Source of the DNA: Catajapyx aquilonaris
Lineage: Eukaryota
Reading direction: 5' to 3'
NCBI GenBank assembly: GCA_000934665.2
Contig: KZ538317.1
Location: forward strand, 62,001-91,523
Length of the DNA stretch: 29,523 nt
Shown piece after piece: positions 10,730-21,699 of the stretch. Positions within the stretch are counted from its first letter, which is position 1, and each line of letters starts with the position of its first letter. The notes beneath the pieces were generated by a model. That model was not told the DNA's origin, did not search any database, and saw nothing but the letters and a program-made list of their open reading frames with translations. Made by a program: the position numbers and the translations under genes.

Positions 10730-13700
10730 GTGAGTGATGGGTCGCCCCCTCATCCCTCCACCTCGCTGCTGCTGTGCTGATGGTGTTATTAATATTTGTG
10801 AAAAAATATTCAAAGAAATCATGAAGCACTTTTCAATAATTATAAGGGCGACCTCATTGTTCTGAGCAGCCCCTGAGAGGGCCGCATTGCTCTGTTATTC
10901 TCAAGGCGTTGCATTTATTGTTATTATGATGCAGGATCTTCTGAATCGGATTCAGCAGCTGGAGGCACACGTGACTCAGCTGAAGAACCTTCTGACCAAG
11001 CAGGACCCCCTGCAGCAATCCCCTGGGACCAGCAGGAGGGGAAAGAAGGATGCCAAGCCACCCAAGCCGTTTGACTTCTCCAGGTACGTGCCACTCGCGT
11101 TGCCTCTTAACCCATTTTAATAGACACAGCAACCACTCCATTGCACTGCTCTCTTGGCAGATATTTGGTGCAATTATTCTGCTCGGTCCATTGTGTGGAG
11201 AAGTATACCGGTTAGTACTGCCGAGAAAGCCGGCAAGCCTTTCCGCCAGTTTTTTAAAGCTTTTTAGGCAAGTTTCGATTGTGACTCCCAAAACTATGTT
11301 ACAATAAAATATTATATAGGAAAGTTATGCATCAATGTTTACATTAGATTTGGAGCTTTTCAAAAAATATATAAATTACGCAAATTTGGGGGTGATGTGA
11401 CCATGGTGGCTATTTTGAATATAAGTATAATCCTGTGTCATGCATGGATGGGAAGCAATATTGAAAATTTGAAACCTATATTTCTCAAGTTAAAAATAAT
11501 CAAAACTCAGTCAAATTTCTCAGAGTTATTGTCTATACCCGTAGTTCCCAAACTGTGCTCTCTATGGAGATCTTGGGGCTCTGCCAAGCTCCGACAAGGG
11601 CTCTGCGGACGCATTGAAAATTTTTAAAAATGATTGAAAAACACGTTGCCCTCTGTTCTTTCAAAAAATAACATTGTTTTGAAAGTTGGTGAACAAAATT
11701 TTGACAGGTCAGAGTCGGGACATGTTGCCTCCTGTTGTTAGAAAAATGCCGACATTATTTTCATCAGGAAGCAGGAGGTGTTGGTCTAAAAATAGAACAG
11801 GCGCACCACTGACATATGGGTGTGGGGGCCACATGTACCCTCCACCAATATGTCTGCTTGCCAGTCTCTGAGGGTTAAAGACCACGTTATGACCAATAAC
11901 GTAGGGTGTAATTTTCGTCCCACCCATTCTGGACTCCTTGCAATCATGATGATATATGAATTCACAAGTCAGTTATCTGTTGATTTATGTGAAGGTAAAT
12001 AATTCAACACCCTCCATTTGTGGGCATCTTCACTTTGTGATCCTAATTAAAAACCTGCCCTGAATTTTGGCTAAAGTTTACTGTGTTTGTTTTTGCAGAC
12101 ATGGGAAGAGACATGTCCTGTTGAAGGTGTCCTACTTGGGCTGGGATTACCAAGGTTTTGCATGCCAAGAGGACACCCAGCAGACCATTGAGGCAGCCCT
12201 GTTTTCTGCCCTGATGAAGACCAGGCTGATCCAGAACCGAGAAACGTCGAACTACCATCGCTGCGGAAGGACGGACAAGGGAGTGTCTGCATTCAGCCAG
12301 GTGATCTCCATTGACCTCAGGAGCAATGGAGAGGAGGACAATGACCTGGAAATACGCTACTGCTACATTCTGAACAAAGTGCTTCCTCACGCCATACGCG
12401 CCATTGCTTGGGCACCGGCCAAGGAGGGGTTTAGCGCCAGATTTGACTGCCAGCAAAGGACCTACAAGTACTTCTTTCCAAGAGGTGACCTTGACTTGGA
12501 TGTGAGATTCTTTGATGATAATAGAGCAGTAGCTGTCTACCTTGGTGGATTCATACTACTTTTTAGAAAAAAACCTTGTCAAATTCCTACATTTTGAAAC
12601 TGCCTGGTCCTCTGAATGATGAAGTTTGTGATTGTCTGATGGAAGTAAAGATTCTGAAACATTTTCAAAAGGACATAATTTCCATGACGTACAATTTTTG
12701 CAAGTGGATGTGTTCATATTTGAATCAGTGAGAGGGGAAAGATAGAAAAATTATATGTTTAATGTGTTCAATTAGTAGAAGCGGTGCGTTTGCAACCTTG
12801 GCTAAATCTTACCCATTACGTATATGGTCAATGACCTGCCACTGGAGAAGCCACTGGAAATTTGTAACATTTCCAGTGTTACAGGTGTGATCTGCTTTCT
12901 GTTCCACATGTAGATCAGAGGGCATGAAATAATGTGTCGTTAATGTGTTTCAGCAAATGCAAAAAGCGGCAGATCACTTATGTGGAGAGCATGATTTCCG
13001 AAACCTGTGCAAGATGGATGTTGGAAATGGGGTTGTCAATTACAAACGCCGCATACTCCAAGTGGAGGTGAAGTCGCTCCAGGTTTCTGGTGACAGTGCT
13101 TATGACATGTGCCAGTTGGTGGTGGTGGGACAGGCATTTCTGTGGCATCAGGTTCGATGCATGGCAGCTATTTTGATACTGGTGGGCCAAGGAAGGGAGG
13201 AGCCTTCAGTGATTCAGACCCTGCTGGATGTTGGGAGTCAACCACGAAAGCCCCAGTACGCCATGGCATCAGAAGTTCCGCTCATCCTTTTTGACGCCCA
13301 GTTTGCTGGGGTGAGTTGGCTTTACGACAAAGAGGCCTTAGTGTTGATGGTGAAGGAAATGCAGGAAATATGGACACATCATGCTGTCAAGGCGACAATG
13401 GTCAAGAACATGCTGAAAGAAGTGGAGGCCCTGCCTGTCTTGGCCAGTTCAGTGGTGTACCATCAGAGCGAGTGCTTGCTGCAAGGTGCCAGGGTTAGGA
13501 CGTACAAGCCACTTCTGGAGAGACCCACATGCGGTAGGTGCCCAGGAATTGTTCTGGAAATGGTCACAAAAGAGTCTTGGTTTAGCACTGTCGTTGAGAA
13601 CGTTAAATGAGAACAGCCCGTATCCAAACATGGCTGGCTCTCATTATTGCAACGCTGCCCCGTTTCAGTGCAGATGGGTTCTCATAAGATGTTATCTGAC

Positions 13701-14007
13701 TGCAGCCCATGCGAGTTAATTTTTAAATGGGCATAATGGCACTGTGTGTTTTTAAGATCAAGGAAGGTGTGGAAGTATGCAGTAGTTTAGTAACGGCTAC
13801 AGTGACATATTGATCATTTGTTCTGGTTTATCAGAACTCGCAGGATGCATGCCCAGGGGCCAAAACATTATTACTCCATAAAAATTTCCATTCCATCCCT
13901 CTGACGTACTGTTCTTACCAATTGCAGAGAGTCTGGAAGAACGTCTGGAGCACTACGCGAAAAGGAGGAAAACAGGAAGTGATGAGATGGATCTTGATCC
14001 TGAATGA
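10544..14007 (+). CDS. PUS3: tRNA pseudouridine(38/39) synthase, TruA family (PUS3/DEG1-like); join(10544..10729,10935..11083,12099..12501,12954..13533,13928..14007), 465 aa
   Basis: TruA-family motifs YLGWDYQGFA, catalytic HRCGRTDKGVSA, FSARF, GEHDFRNLCK, GQAFLWHQVRCM; four GT-AG introns with matching phases (0,2,0,1); total 1398 nt ending in TGA at 14005-14007. Confidence 0.95.
10935..11083 (+). CDS. PUS3: PUS3 coding exon 2
   Basis: gcag|GAT...; DLLNRIQQLEAHVTQLKNLL...KPFDFS coiled-coil-like segment typical of PUS3 N-termini; CAG|gtacgt donor, phase 2. Confidence 0.9.
11539..11612. mobile_element. Possible hAT/Charlie-like terminal remnant in PUS3 intron 2
   Basis: ccGTAGTTCCCAAACTGTGCTC...GGGGCTCTGC...AGGGCTCTGCG resembles CAGTGGTTCCCAAAC-type hAT ends; partner end not found. 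Confidence 0.4.
12099..12501 (+). CDS. PUS3: PUS3 coding exon 3 (catalytic Asp motif)
   Basis: ttttgcag| acceptor; RCGRTDKGVSA; GAT|gtgaga donor, phase 0. Confidence 0.95.
12954..13533 (+). CDS. PUS3: PUS3 coding exon 4
   Basis: tttcag|CAA; GEHDFRNLCKMD, AFLWHQVR, RKPQYAMA; GCG|gtaggt donor, phase 1. Confidence 0.95.
13928..14007 (+). CDS. PUS3: PUS3 last coding exon (not in ORF track)
   Basis: ttgcag|AG AGT CTG...; reads (E)SLEERLEHYAKRRKTGSDEMDLDPE*, phase matches exon 4. Confidence 0.85.
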
Positions 14008-14039
14008 TCTCTGGTAAAATCTGTTTCAAATATCATTAT

Positions 14040-14048
14040 TTTATTAAA
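14040..14048. terminator. Overlapping candidate poly(A) signals (ATTAAA on +, AATAAA on -)
   Basis: TTTATTAAA: + strand ATTAAA 14043-14048 shortly after the PUS3 stop; - strand AATAAA 14045-14040. Confidence 0.5.
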
Positions 14049-15128
14049 CAAAAGTTTGTGACCCTAATATTTCCCCATCTAAGGTACGCATTCATTTGTC
14101 CAAGACTGCTCTTAAACTAGACACATACGTACAGCAGCCTTGCAACTGTGGAAGAATTAATTTTTAAATGTTCATTTTTCCATCATAAATAACTGAGAGC
14201 ATATTTATAGGCATACACTTCTTGTCTAATTTCAAGTGGATGAAAGAAAAAGATTGAGTGTGTGACCAAGGTTACATGCTTGTTCATCATACATACAAAA
14301 TGTTATGACACTTTGTGTCATAGATATTGGAAAAAGTAAAAATGGTGGAGAGGGGATTGCGCATCTGGGTTATATTTTATTGGCAGTGATACGCTTCTTT
14401 TTTGGGGCCCTATAAACCTGCTCTCAATATTGATGGTTCACGTCATTGGTAAACTAGAACTGAGTGATACGAGATGACACAAAACCACCGAGATGTAGCA
14501 CCACAAAACATTATTCATGACCTGGCATTCTTGGCTGGGGATCACTTAAAATAATGTAGTCTTTGTATTAAGTAGTATACGTGGCAAATTGGGGGAAGGG
14601 GAGTCACAACCATCTCGTCTGAAGCGTAAGCCTGCTTCCATATTCATTTGGGCATCTCTTAAAAAATAGAAAAGCAAGAGAACAGAATAGTGCAGCAATT
14701 TTATACACCCATTTGAATGAAAAGTATAACCTTTTTCGTTATTTACATTTTGAAAAACTAATTCTGCACCCAATTAATTGTAATTCTAACCAAACAATCG
14801 TTTACCACTTTTCCTTCTGATTAGTTTTTGTGATAGAGAAGTCATGTGGTTTAAATAAGGAAGATAACCGTCACCACCTGGTTGTATGCCAAGTGACTCT
14901 CATACGAAAGGAATGGGCCTCTATCTACATCATCAACTTTATAAGCATCTCATTTTTAACATAATTGCCTTCCTCTACATTCTAGCTACATACAGAAACA
15001 GGCCTTCAGTTTTTGTTTCATTGTGCTATGAATTCAGGTACAGGATTTAACTGCAAAAAGATAATAGAAAATCAACGGGGAAATTCTGCACAAGGTCCTT
15101 CTTTGGCTTAGCCACCAAAGTGCTACAC

Positions 15129-15825
15129 TTAATCATCCTCCATTGGCGAAAATGCACCTCTAGAACTGCCATGCTGATAGCCCTGTCCCCAACTCTCAAC
15201 ACTAGGAGTCCTCTCCCGTCTCGAGCCGGACCTTGGGTTGCTTCCCCTTAGATCCATATCCTCCTTCACATTGCGCCTGAGCCGTGGATCAATTCTTGCT
15301 GGTGCTGGCGCTGGATCTGGCACTGATGGGGGTGGAACTACTGCGGGTGCCACTGGCGGCACTGCCGGGCCCACTCCAAGTGCCAGCCTCAACCTAGGGT
15401 CGTTCTGCTGAAGGTGCTCTGGGAAGCCAGCAGCCCTGACAGCTGCATAGTTGGCCCTCCTGGCAAATATGGGTACGAGGCGATACTCCATAGGTGGGTG
15501 AGATGTGAGGGAAGCATCAATCTCAGTAGCTGGGGTGTGAGGTGGAACTGGTTTAAATGGTAGTCCTGACCGAAGGTCAACATCCCCCATGTAGGACGCT
15601 GAAGATGATGCGTCCATGCGGAGGTCAGTATCACCCAGAGGGTTGCGGAGGTCGACGTCCATTCGCCCAGAAGTTGCAGGTGGGGCAGGTGGCGGCTGCT
15701 GAGGTGGAAGTGATCGCATATCCATATCACCCATACGGTTTTTGTTCCAGGGAGGGCTTGCCGAAGCAGACGGGGGATTGGGTACTGGACCTCGCGCAAG
15801 TCTTGGGTCACGAGATGGACCTGGC
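15129..15825 (-). CDS. ZC3H4: ZC3H4-like last coding exon (DPR and DxDLR repeats)
   Basis: aattccag|G CCA GGT; Pro-rich; TAA at 15131-15129. A second in-frame acceptor at 15879 is possible. Confidence 0.88.
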
Positions 15826-18800
15826 CTGGAATTTAAACAATTAAGCAAATCATGAGTGAGTGGTGAAAGGTAGCTGACCCTGTAGGAGTGAATAACATAA
15901 CACAGTAGGTAAATCTGACATCACAATGGCAACAATGACTTTCAATAATGAAACTGTCAGTTAAACACCAGTGGAAACACTGCTGATTTCAGAGTGGACT
16001 GATATACCTTCATAGGAGTCAACAGGACGCACTCTCTTCTCCTCCCCTCCCCCCCTCTCGTTTCAGAATGCTAAGAAAATATTGCTCTAGTTAATTATTG
16101 AGGATTGAGAAATGGCTTTACCTGGCTTCAGTGGGTGGAGAGGCAGAAGTTGAGGTTGCCGTTGCTGATGAAGATGCAGGTGTGGTCCCTTGCAAAGCCT
16201 GCAACACCTGCTTGATGTCTGGTGGGATGTTCACATGGGACAGGTCCAGGTTGAGCGAAGCAGTGCCTCCCTCTTTACTCTAAAGGACAAAATAATGTGT
16301 GCAAAGCGATCCTTGGTGAGTGAAGTGCAGCAGATTACATACATCCTTTGAGAGCTTCTTAAGGACATCTGTGAGGGAACCAGATGCACCCTCCTGGTCT
16401 TCATCTTCATCACTTGAGTACCAGTTCTCCTCATAATCGACTTTCCCTTCTTCTTCTCCCTCCTGCCCTTCACCCTCGACTCCTGCCTGCCTCTGCTGCT
16501 GTTGGATGCGTAGGAAAAGCTCCTGCTGGCGCTTTGGAAGATGGCTGGGTGGCTCTGTGGATGGCAGTTGACCCTCTTGCAATAAATCAATGTCACTCTC
16601 GTCAATGGTGCCTTCAGCTGGCTCTGGCTCTGGCTCTGGCTCCGGAAGCACTTCTTCCTCAGTGTCACGCCCTTTTCTCCTGCTGCCTTCACTACGATGA
16701 TGGTGATGCCTGTGATGGTGATGATGCCTGTGATGCTCTCGACCACCTTCCCTTGGTTGCTGGTATTCTTCTTCATAAGGCAGGACCTCAGCATCAGGCA
16801 TCTCTTCTTGAATATCCTGATAGAAATTGATCCGCTTATGTTCGTGATGTTCAGGTGACGGCACATCACCCCTGGGCTGAATACCCCGAGGACTTGAATG
16901 ATCCTGGTTCCCTCTGGGTGAGCGGGAATGTCCTCCACCACTCAATCTTGACTCCTGCTTGGCCACCATTAATGCAGCTCCCTCGCGAGACATGCGTGGA
17001 AAGTCGCCCAGGATCTCCTTTGGAGCTGTCTCCAAATGCTAATGCACAGAATGTCAGTGAGAAGTGTTCAACAGGTTTGAAGGTACAACAAACAAAGCAC
17101 AGAACAAGCCAAGAAGAGGAAGTTACAGACAAGTAGTGTTGGGAACTAGCTTCTTTTGAATGTATGTAACTAAATCACTGTACTTTTCCAGCCAATGCCA
17201 GTTAATCCCTGAAAATCTTACAAGACTGCCTATACTCTGCTGAGAAGATCTATGAACCAAAAATGTCCACATGTGGCATGGCAAATATTTAGAATTTATA
17301 TGCTCAGAAGTTTTTAATTAATTTTTCCCAACACTGAGGATGTGGGTGATACAGAGTGCATTACTGGTGCCTGACCTTGAGCAAGATGGTGCGTGTGACG
17401 TCGGTGAGGGGGTCGTGACTGAACTTGCAGTTGGGACCTGCCTTGCACTTGAGTCCAGTGTGGAAGAATTTGCATGGGAAGTCCTGGTGCATATACAAGC
17501 ACTTCTCCTTCTTTGCGCAACACTCCATCAAATAGAACTTGCACAGCTCCATTTTTCGTGTTGGAGAGACGTCATGTGAGTATGGACATGCCGGGCCCTG
17601 ACAAAAGAGGAAGAAATTAATCAACTGGAGATGGAAGAAACCTGGCTCCTGCATGTGAAACACTATCATTGTGAATTACAAATTCATTTCCAGAATCAAG
17701 CCCTTTAGTCACCAGTGAGCCTACTCCATATATACAATGAAATGTCAATTGTTCCATGTTTTTTGCAGGTCAATGAATTATGTGCACATTTCCTATTCTT
17801 CCATGTTGCACAATGCAGTCATACCATGGGAGAAAAGGTCTCCTTGCCACCAATCTGTCCTTATTTGAATGGATTCCCCCCTTCCATGCCCACCCCACTC
17901 TGTATGGCAAAATGATTTATGGAAGACCCTTTGAAGCATTCATGAGGGGCTCTTTCAATATTGCCGTCTAGGTCAGAACCTTGTCAGCAAAATAGCCCAC
18001 AATTAGGGAAAATACACTCAACATCGATACAGAGCCTTCTGTGACATGATTGCAAATAATGTAGTTTATATTTGTGTAGAGCCATGGGAATAGAAACTTG
18101 CTTTTTGGTTGTGAAGCCCTTGCACAACTTACCCTGTGACATTTTCCTTGCAAGTAAAACCTGCAGATGGCCTTTCCCATTCCCATCATGCCTCGGTCCA
18201 TCATCCCTCCTCTCCTCATTCGCTTGTCCATTGGCCCTCCGCATCCTCCCCTGTCCCGATCCATCGGTCGTCTCCTTCCACCTCTGCCACCCCTCCCTCC
18301 ATGATCCCAGTGCTGCTCCCTCTCCCTCCGATGGGGCATGGGTGGTCCTCCTTCATAGTCACTTTCATACGAGTCGTATGGACTATCGTATTGTGGTGGT
18401 GACCTACGCCCGTATCTTCCTTCCCGCTGTTGAAATGGAGGAGAATTCCCAGACCCACCACCAGATGCCCCGCCGGATCGAGCCCATGGTGGGGGAGTAC
18501 CACCTCGCATGAACATCATCTCATCGTCATTCACCTGATCGTGATCCACATACCGGAGACGCTTTGCAGCCTTCTGTTGAGCTGACAGCTTCTTTTTCTG
18601 TGCAGCATAGAGATAAGCAGTTAGTGACTCTCTGGTACCAAATACGTTTGTTCCAACCAGAATATGGTACTCAAATCATGAACTTTTTAATCGTTGACAA
18701 CACATGATGTCAATCCCATTCTTTAGTTAAATCAGTAATGGGTGTGGTAATCATGCATGAAAATATTTAGTCAGTTCATACTGAGGTGGCCTGTGCTGTT

Positions 18801-21570
18801 ACAGGTGCAGTTGCACTAGAAGGTCTCAAGCACCTGAGACATGGCCACAATGATTAGCCAAGACACCAGATAGCTTCCCACTGAGGCAGTCAAGACTATG
18901 CATCATTGTGGCAATGTTTCAAGCATTTATGGCTCCCAAGTGCAAAGCAGCATCTGGATGAAGACCACATAGCTGCAGAGAGAAAGCTGAACCTTAGTTT
19001 ACTGCTACATGACTTGTTCTTTGTGCAATGCTGGCACCTCTTAAGACATCCCCATATAAGCATATGCCACCTCAGTGCAGCACTGGAAACTTGGATCCAT
19101 TTACAAGAATGGAAATTTCGAATTAATCTCCCATTACATGTCCATATTCCCATTTCAAAATCAGTTACGATGTCATTAAGTTGACACTACTGGCCATTCA
19201 ATGTTATACCATTAAAGAAAACTGTACATTCCAAGAGAGCTGTTCTACTAACAAGGCATAGTGATATTACATTTTCTGCTTCCTCTTCCTCTTCCTTTTT
19301 CTTCTTGCGTTTCCGCTTTTTCCTCTTCCGGTCACTGTCATCATCATCTCCCTTACTATCGTCATCAGCCATCCGCCTTTCCTTCTTTACATCACCGGAT
19401 TCCCACTGCCCACCCTTCTCCTTCTTCACCTGTCCCACAGCCTCTTTCTCTGTCCCAACTGTCTCCACCTCTTTCACAGACTCAGGTGGGCCCTTCATGT
19501 CCTCAGTTTGTTCCGACGCAACGGCAGCTTCCTCTTCGTCGTCTAATATCTCGCCGTCCTCCAGGTCCTCCAGCGGAACTTCATCCCCACTGTCACAAAG
19601 GAGACATCCTTTAGTGTTTTGGCCCACCAACAACACAGTAACAAGTTGTCACTGGTAGATCAGACAGAAAATCATAATTGTTGCATTGCTAATGTTAAGT
19701 GCTGGCATGATTGTCAGGTTCCTCATTATCATGTTGCATTCACTGTAGGCGCATCAATTGACGAGAGGATTTTTATTCTTTGCTCTCATGCAGTGCATTT
19801 TTTTTTTTTCATACTGTTGATATTTCTGTTGGGGATGGAAGCTGACGTGTGGATTTCGTAACTAATAGCAAGGTCATCTGTCGCCCTCCAAAAACAACTG
19901 TACGAATTAAATATAAAACGTGCGGCCGCGTGATCCGAACCTTCCGATGATTTCCACCTGTTACATAAACATGTTGCCTGCTCTTTTTTTTTTCCTTCTC
20001 TCATCCCCTGAATTCGCTTTTCCTTCAGTCTCCCAACTCCCACTTTTTCAGAGAGAGGCCCCACCGCCCTACACAAACACACATGTACGCAGCCCTGTCC
20101 ACGTGCCGATAAAGCCCAAGTGCGTCACGTGAATTAAATTTAATGGCCTCCCTCTCCATTAGACCAGCTCTTAATCGTAAAAATGCAGTTTGGACCCCAA
20201 CATTTATGTGCACAACCTTACACTGTACTGTACGAGCCCCCGATCGATTCACAGGTGGGGCCATATGCCGGGCAAAATAATAGATCACAAAGAATACTTG
20301 TCAAGTTGTCTCTAGGTCGTCGCACCCCCCCCGTTTCTAATTATAGATGTGCTACAGACGGACGCACTTCGTCTAATAAATGGCTACAATCTAATATTTT
20401 ACATTAATTGCAGCGTCTAATTGTTGCATATAATTTGTTCAACAAAAATTAGGAGGTCCAAATCAGGCGTCATTTTTTGAGGAGGGCTTAGAACGGCGGC
20501 TATTTTCGTGTTCACCCCCCGACAAGATGGAGGACATGCCTCCCCAATTAAAATCGAACGTTTCGTGGCACCCCCCAGAACCGAAAACGACAGCAGTTCC
20601 TCGCCCTCTTGCCCTCAAGTCTTTTTTTTTCCCCTTACAAACGAGTCACCCATATTACTTGTGCTCTTCATAAGTGTTGGCTTGCGAAATGCAAGTGATC
20701 CCGTAATCATTGGTCATCCATAAGCAGCCCATTTTCATTCGCATCCGGACGGGACAAAATATTACACGTTCAACATGAGCAAATATTCCGACGTTCCAGG
20801 CCCGACCCTATGTAAACGATCGCCATGGCGACGGATGTTCTAAAAAACATTTCCTAACCACATTGACCCACTTTTTTTTTCTTCTTTTTTTAAAGAGACA
20901 CCCTGTCTTCCACACTGTTGCCACATCTATTTTGCGCCGTTCTTTTCATACCGGTGCATGTACTGTACATATTATGAACATTCTTCCCTCATTATGGGTA
21001 GCCTTCATGTATGTTCAACCCGTGGTTCAACCCACCCGTAGCAGTCGTCACCTATTCTTTTCATGGCTTCCTTTTGCGACCGCCGATTGCAACACTGTAC
21101 AGGGCGGGTGGGTTACGGATCGGACGATAATAAGGAAACAGGCATGTTTATAGGAAAAGGGACAAAAATGGGGAGGAAAAGTGAGCAGAAAATTTCGAGT
21201 CACTAAAACGTGCCGAAGCCTCGATCCAACTGGTACGATGACGTGTAGAATTTAGAGAGAGAGAGAGAGAATGAAAAAAAAAAATGGGTCATGTGACTAG
21301 TGACGTCACCCGCAATGGTGCAATCGATGGAAGCGCGGTTGCCAGATCCACGCACTTTCTAACACCCAACCTGACAACCATGTGCGGGTTGATTTCATGA
21401 TTTGTTAACATAATTATTAAAAGAAATATAAAGACGGCCGGGATGTTTTTGGGTAGTGTTGCAAACCTTTCATAACCCCCGCGTTTGAGATCCGAGGATT
21501 CCGATCCGCAGTTCAGGTGGGGAACAACAGCGAGGGGGTTTTCGAGCGCACTACTCTCCTCGAGGGCCAT
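15129..21570 (-). CDS. ZC3H4: Zinc finger CCCH protein, ZC3H4/ZC3H6/Suppressor of sable family; complement(join(15129..15825,16122..16279,16343..17038,17376..17597,18133..18597,19271..19589,21467..21570)), about 886 aa
   Basis: Three tandem CCCH fingers (CRFYLQGKCHRGPACPYSH, CKFYLMECCAKKEKCLYMH, CKFFHTGLKCKAGPNCKFSH), N-terminal EDLEDGEI motif, basic NLS-like run, HLETAPKEILGDFPR, ENWYSSDED, C-terminal DPRL repeats; all introns GT-AG with matching phases. Confidence 0.9.
16122..16279 (-). CDS. ZC3H4: ZC3H4-like exon 6 (frame not in ORF track)
   Basis: gtcctttag|AGT AAA; SKEGGTASLNLDLSHVNIPPDIKQVLQALQG...PPTEA; CAG|gtaaag donor, phase 2. Confidence 0.85.
16343..17038 (-). CDS. ZC3H4: ZC3H4-like exon 5 (His-rich, EP repeat, WYSSDE motif)
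   Basis: cattag|CAT TTG GAG; 232 codons; GAT|gtatgt donor. Confidence 0.92.
17376..17597 (-). CDS. ZC3H4: ZC3H4-like exon 4 (CCCH fingers 1-3)
   Basis: cttttgtcag|GGC CCG; 74 codons; AAG|gtcagg donor. Confidence 0.95.
18133..18597 (-). CDS. ZC3H4: ZC3H4-like exon 3 (RGG-rich, start of CCCH 1)
   Basis: gcacag|AAA AAG; 155 codons; AGG|gtaagt donor splits finger 1. Confidence 0.92.
19271..19589 (-). CDS. ZC3H4: ZC3H4-like exon 2 (acidic EDGEI motif, basic run)
   Basis: ctttgtgacag|T GGG GAT; LEDLEDGEILDD; RKRKKRKRKKKK; AAT|gtaata donor. Confidence 0.88.
21254..21270. repeat. (AG)n dinucleotide tract in ZC3H4-like intron 1
   Basis: agagagagagagagaga read directly; GAGA-element-like. Confidence 0.8.
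21467..21570 (-). CDS. ZC3H4: ZC3H4-like probable first coding exon
   Basis: ggcATGg start, MALEESSALENP...GGYE, AAG|gtttgc donor in phase 2 matching exon 2; lies just downstream of a GC-rich promoter-like tract. No homology support visible by eye. Confidence 0.6.
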
Positions 21571-21699
21571 GCCCACTTCGCCTTCTTTTTTTTTGCAATA
21601 AGTTTTCAGATCCCCCACATTCCTCTCGGGGCTTCACTGCCACGTAACATACATCATTTGCCGCAAAAATAATATATAATAAAAAAAATAGCCCCGGAT

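Noticed and set aside
10272..10737. Overlapping Gly/Pro-rich ORFs at the PUS3 5' end
   Set aside because: Shadow frames of the GC-rich promoter and exon 1.
11107..11878. TTAACCC...GGGTTAA piggyBac-like ends in PUS3 intron 2
   Set aside because: Inverted match is only 7 bp; the interior looks like mixed transposon debris but cannot be delimited.
12612..12660. C/D box-like ATGATGA...CTGA...CTGA in PUS3 intron 3
   Set aside because: Only ~42 nt from box C to box D and no terminal stem; too short for a typical snoRNA.
15389..19658. Long antisense and off-frame ORFs over the ZC3H4-like exons
   Set aside because: Explained as shadows of low-complexity coding exons.
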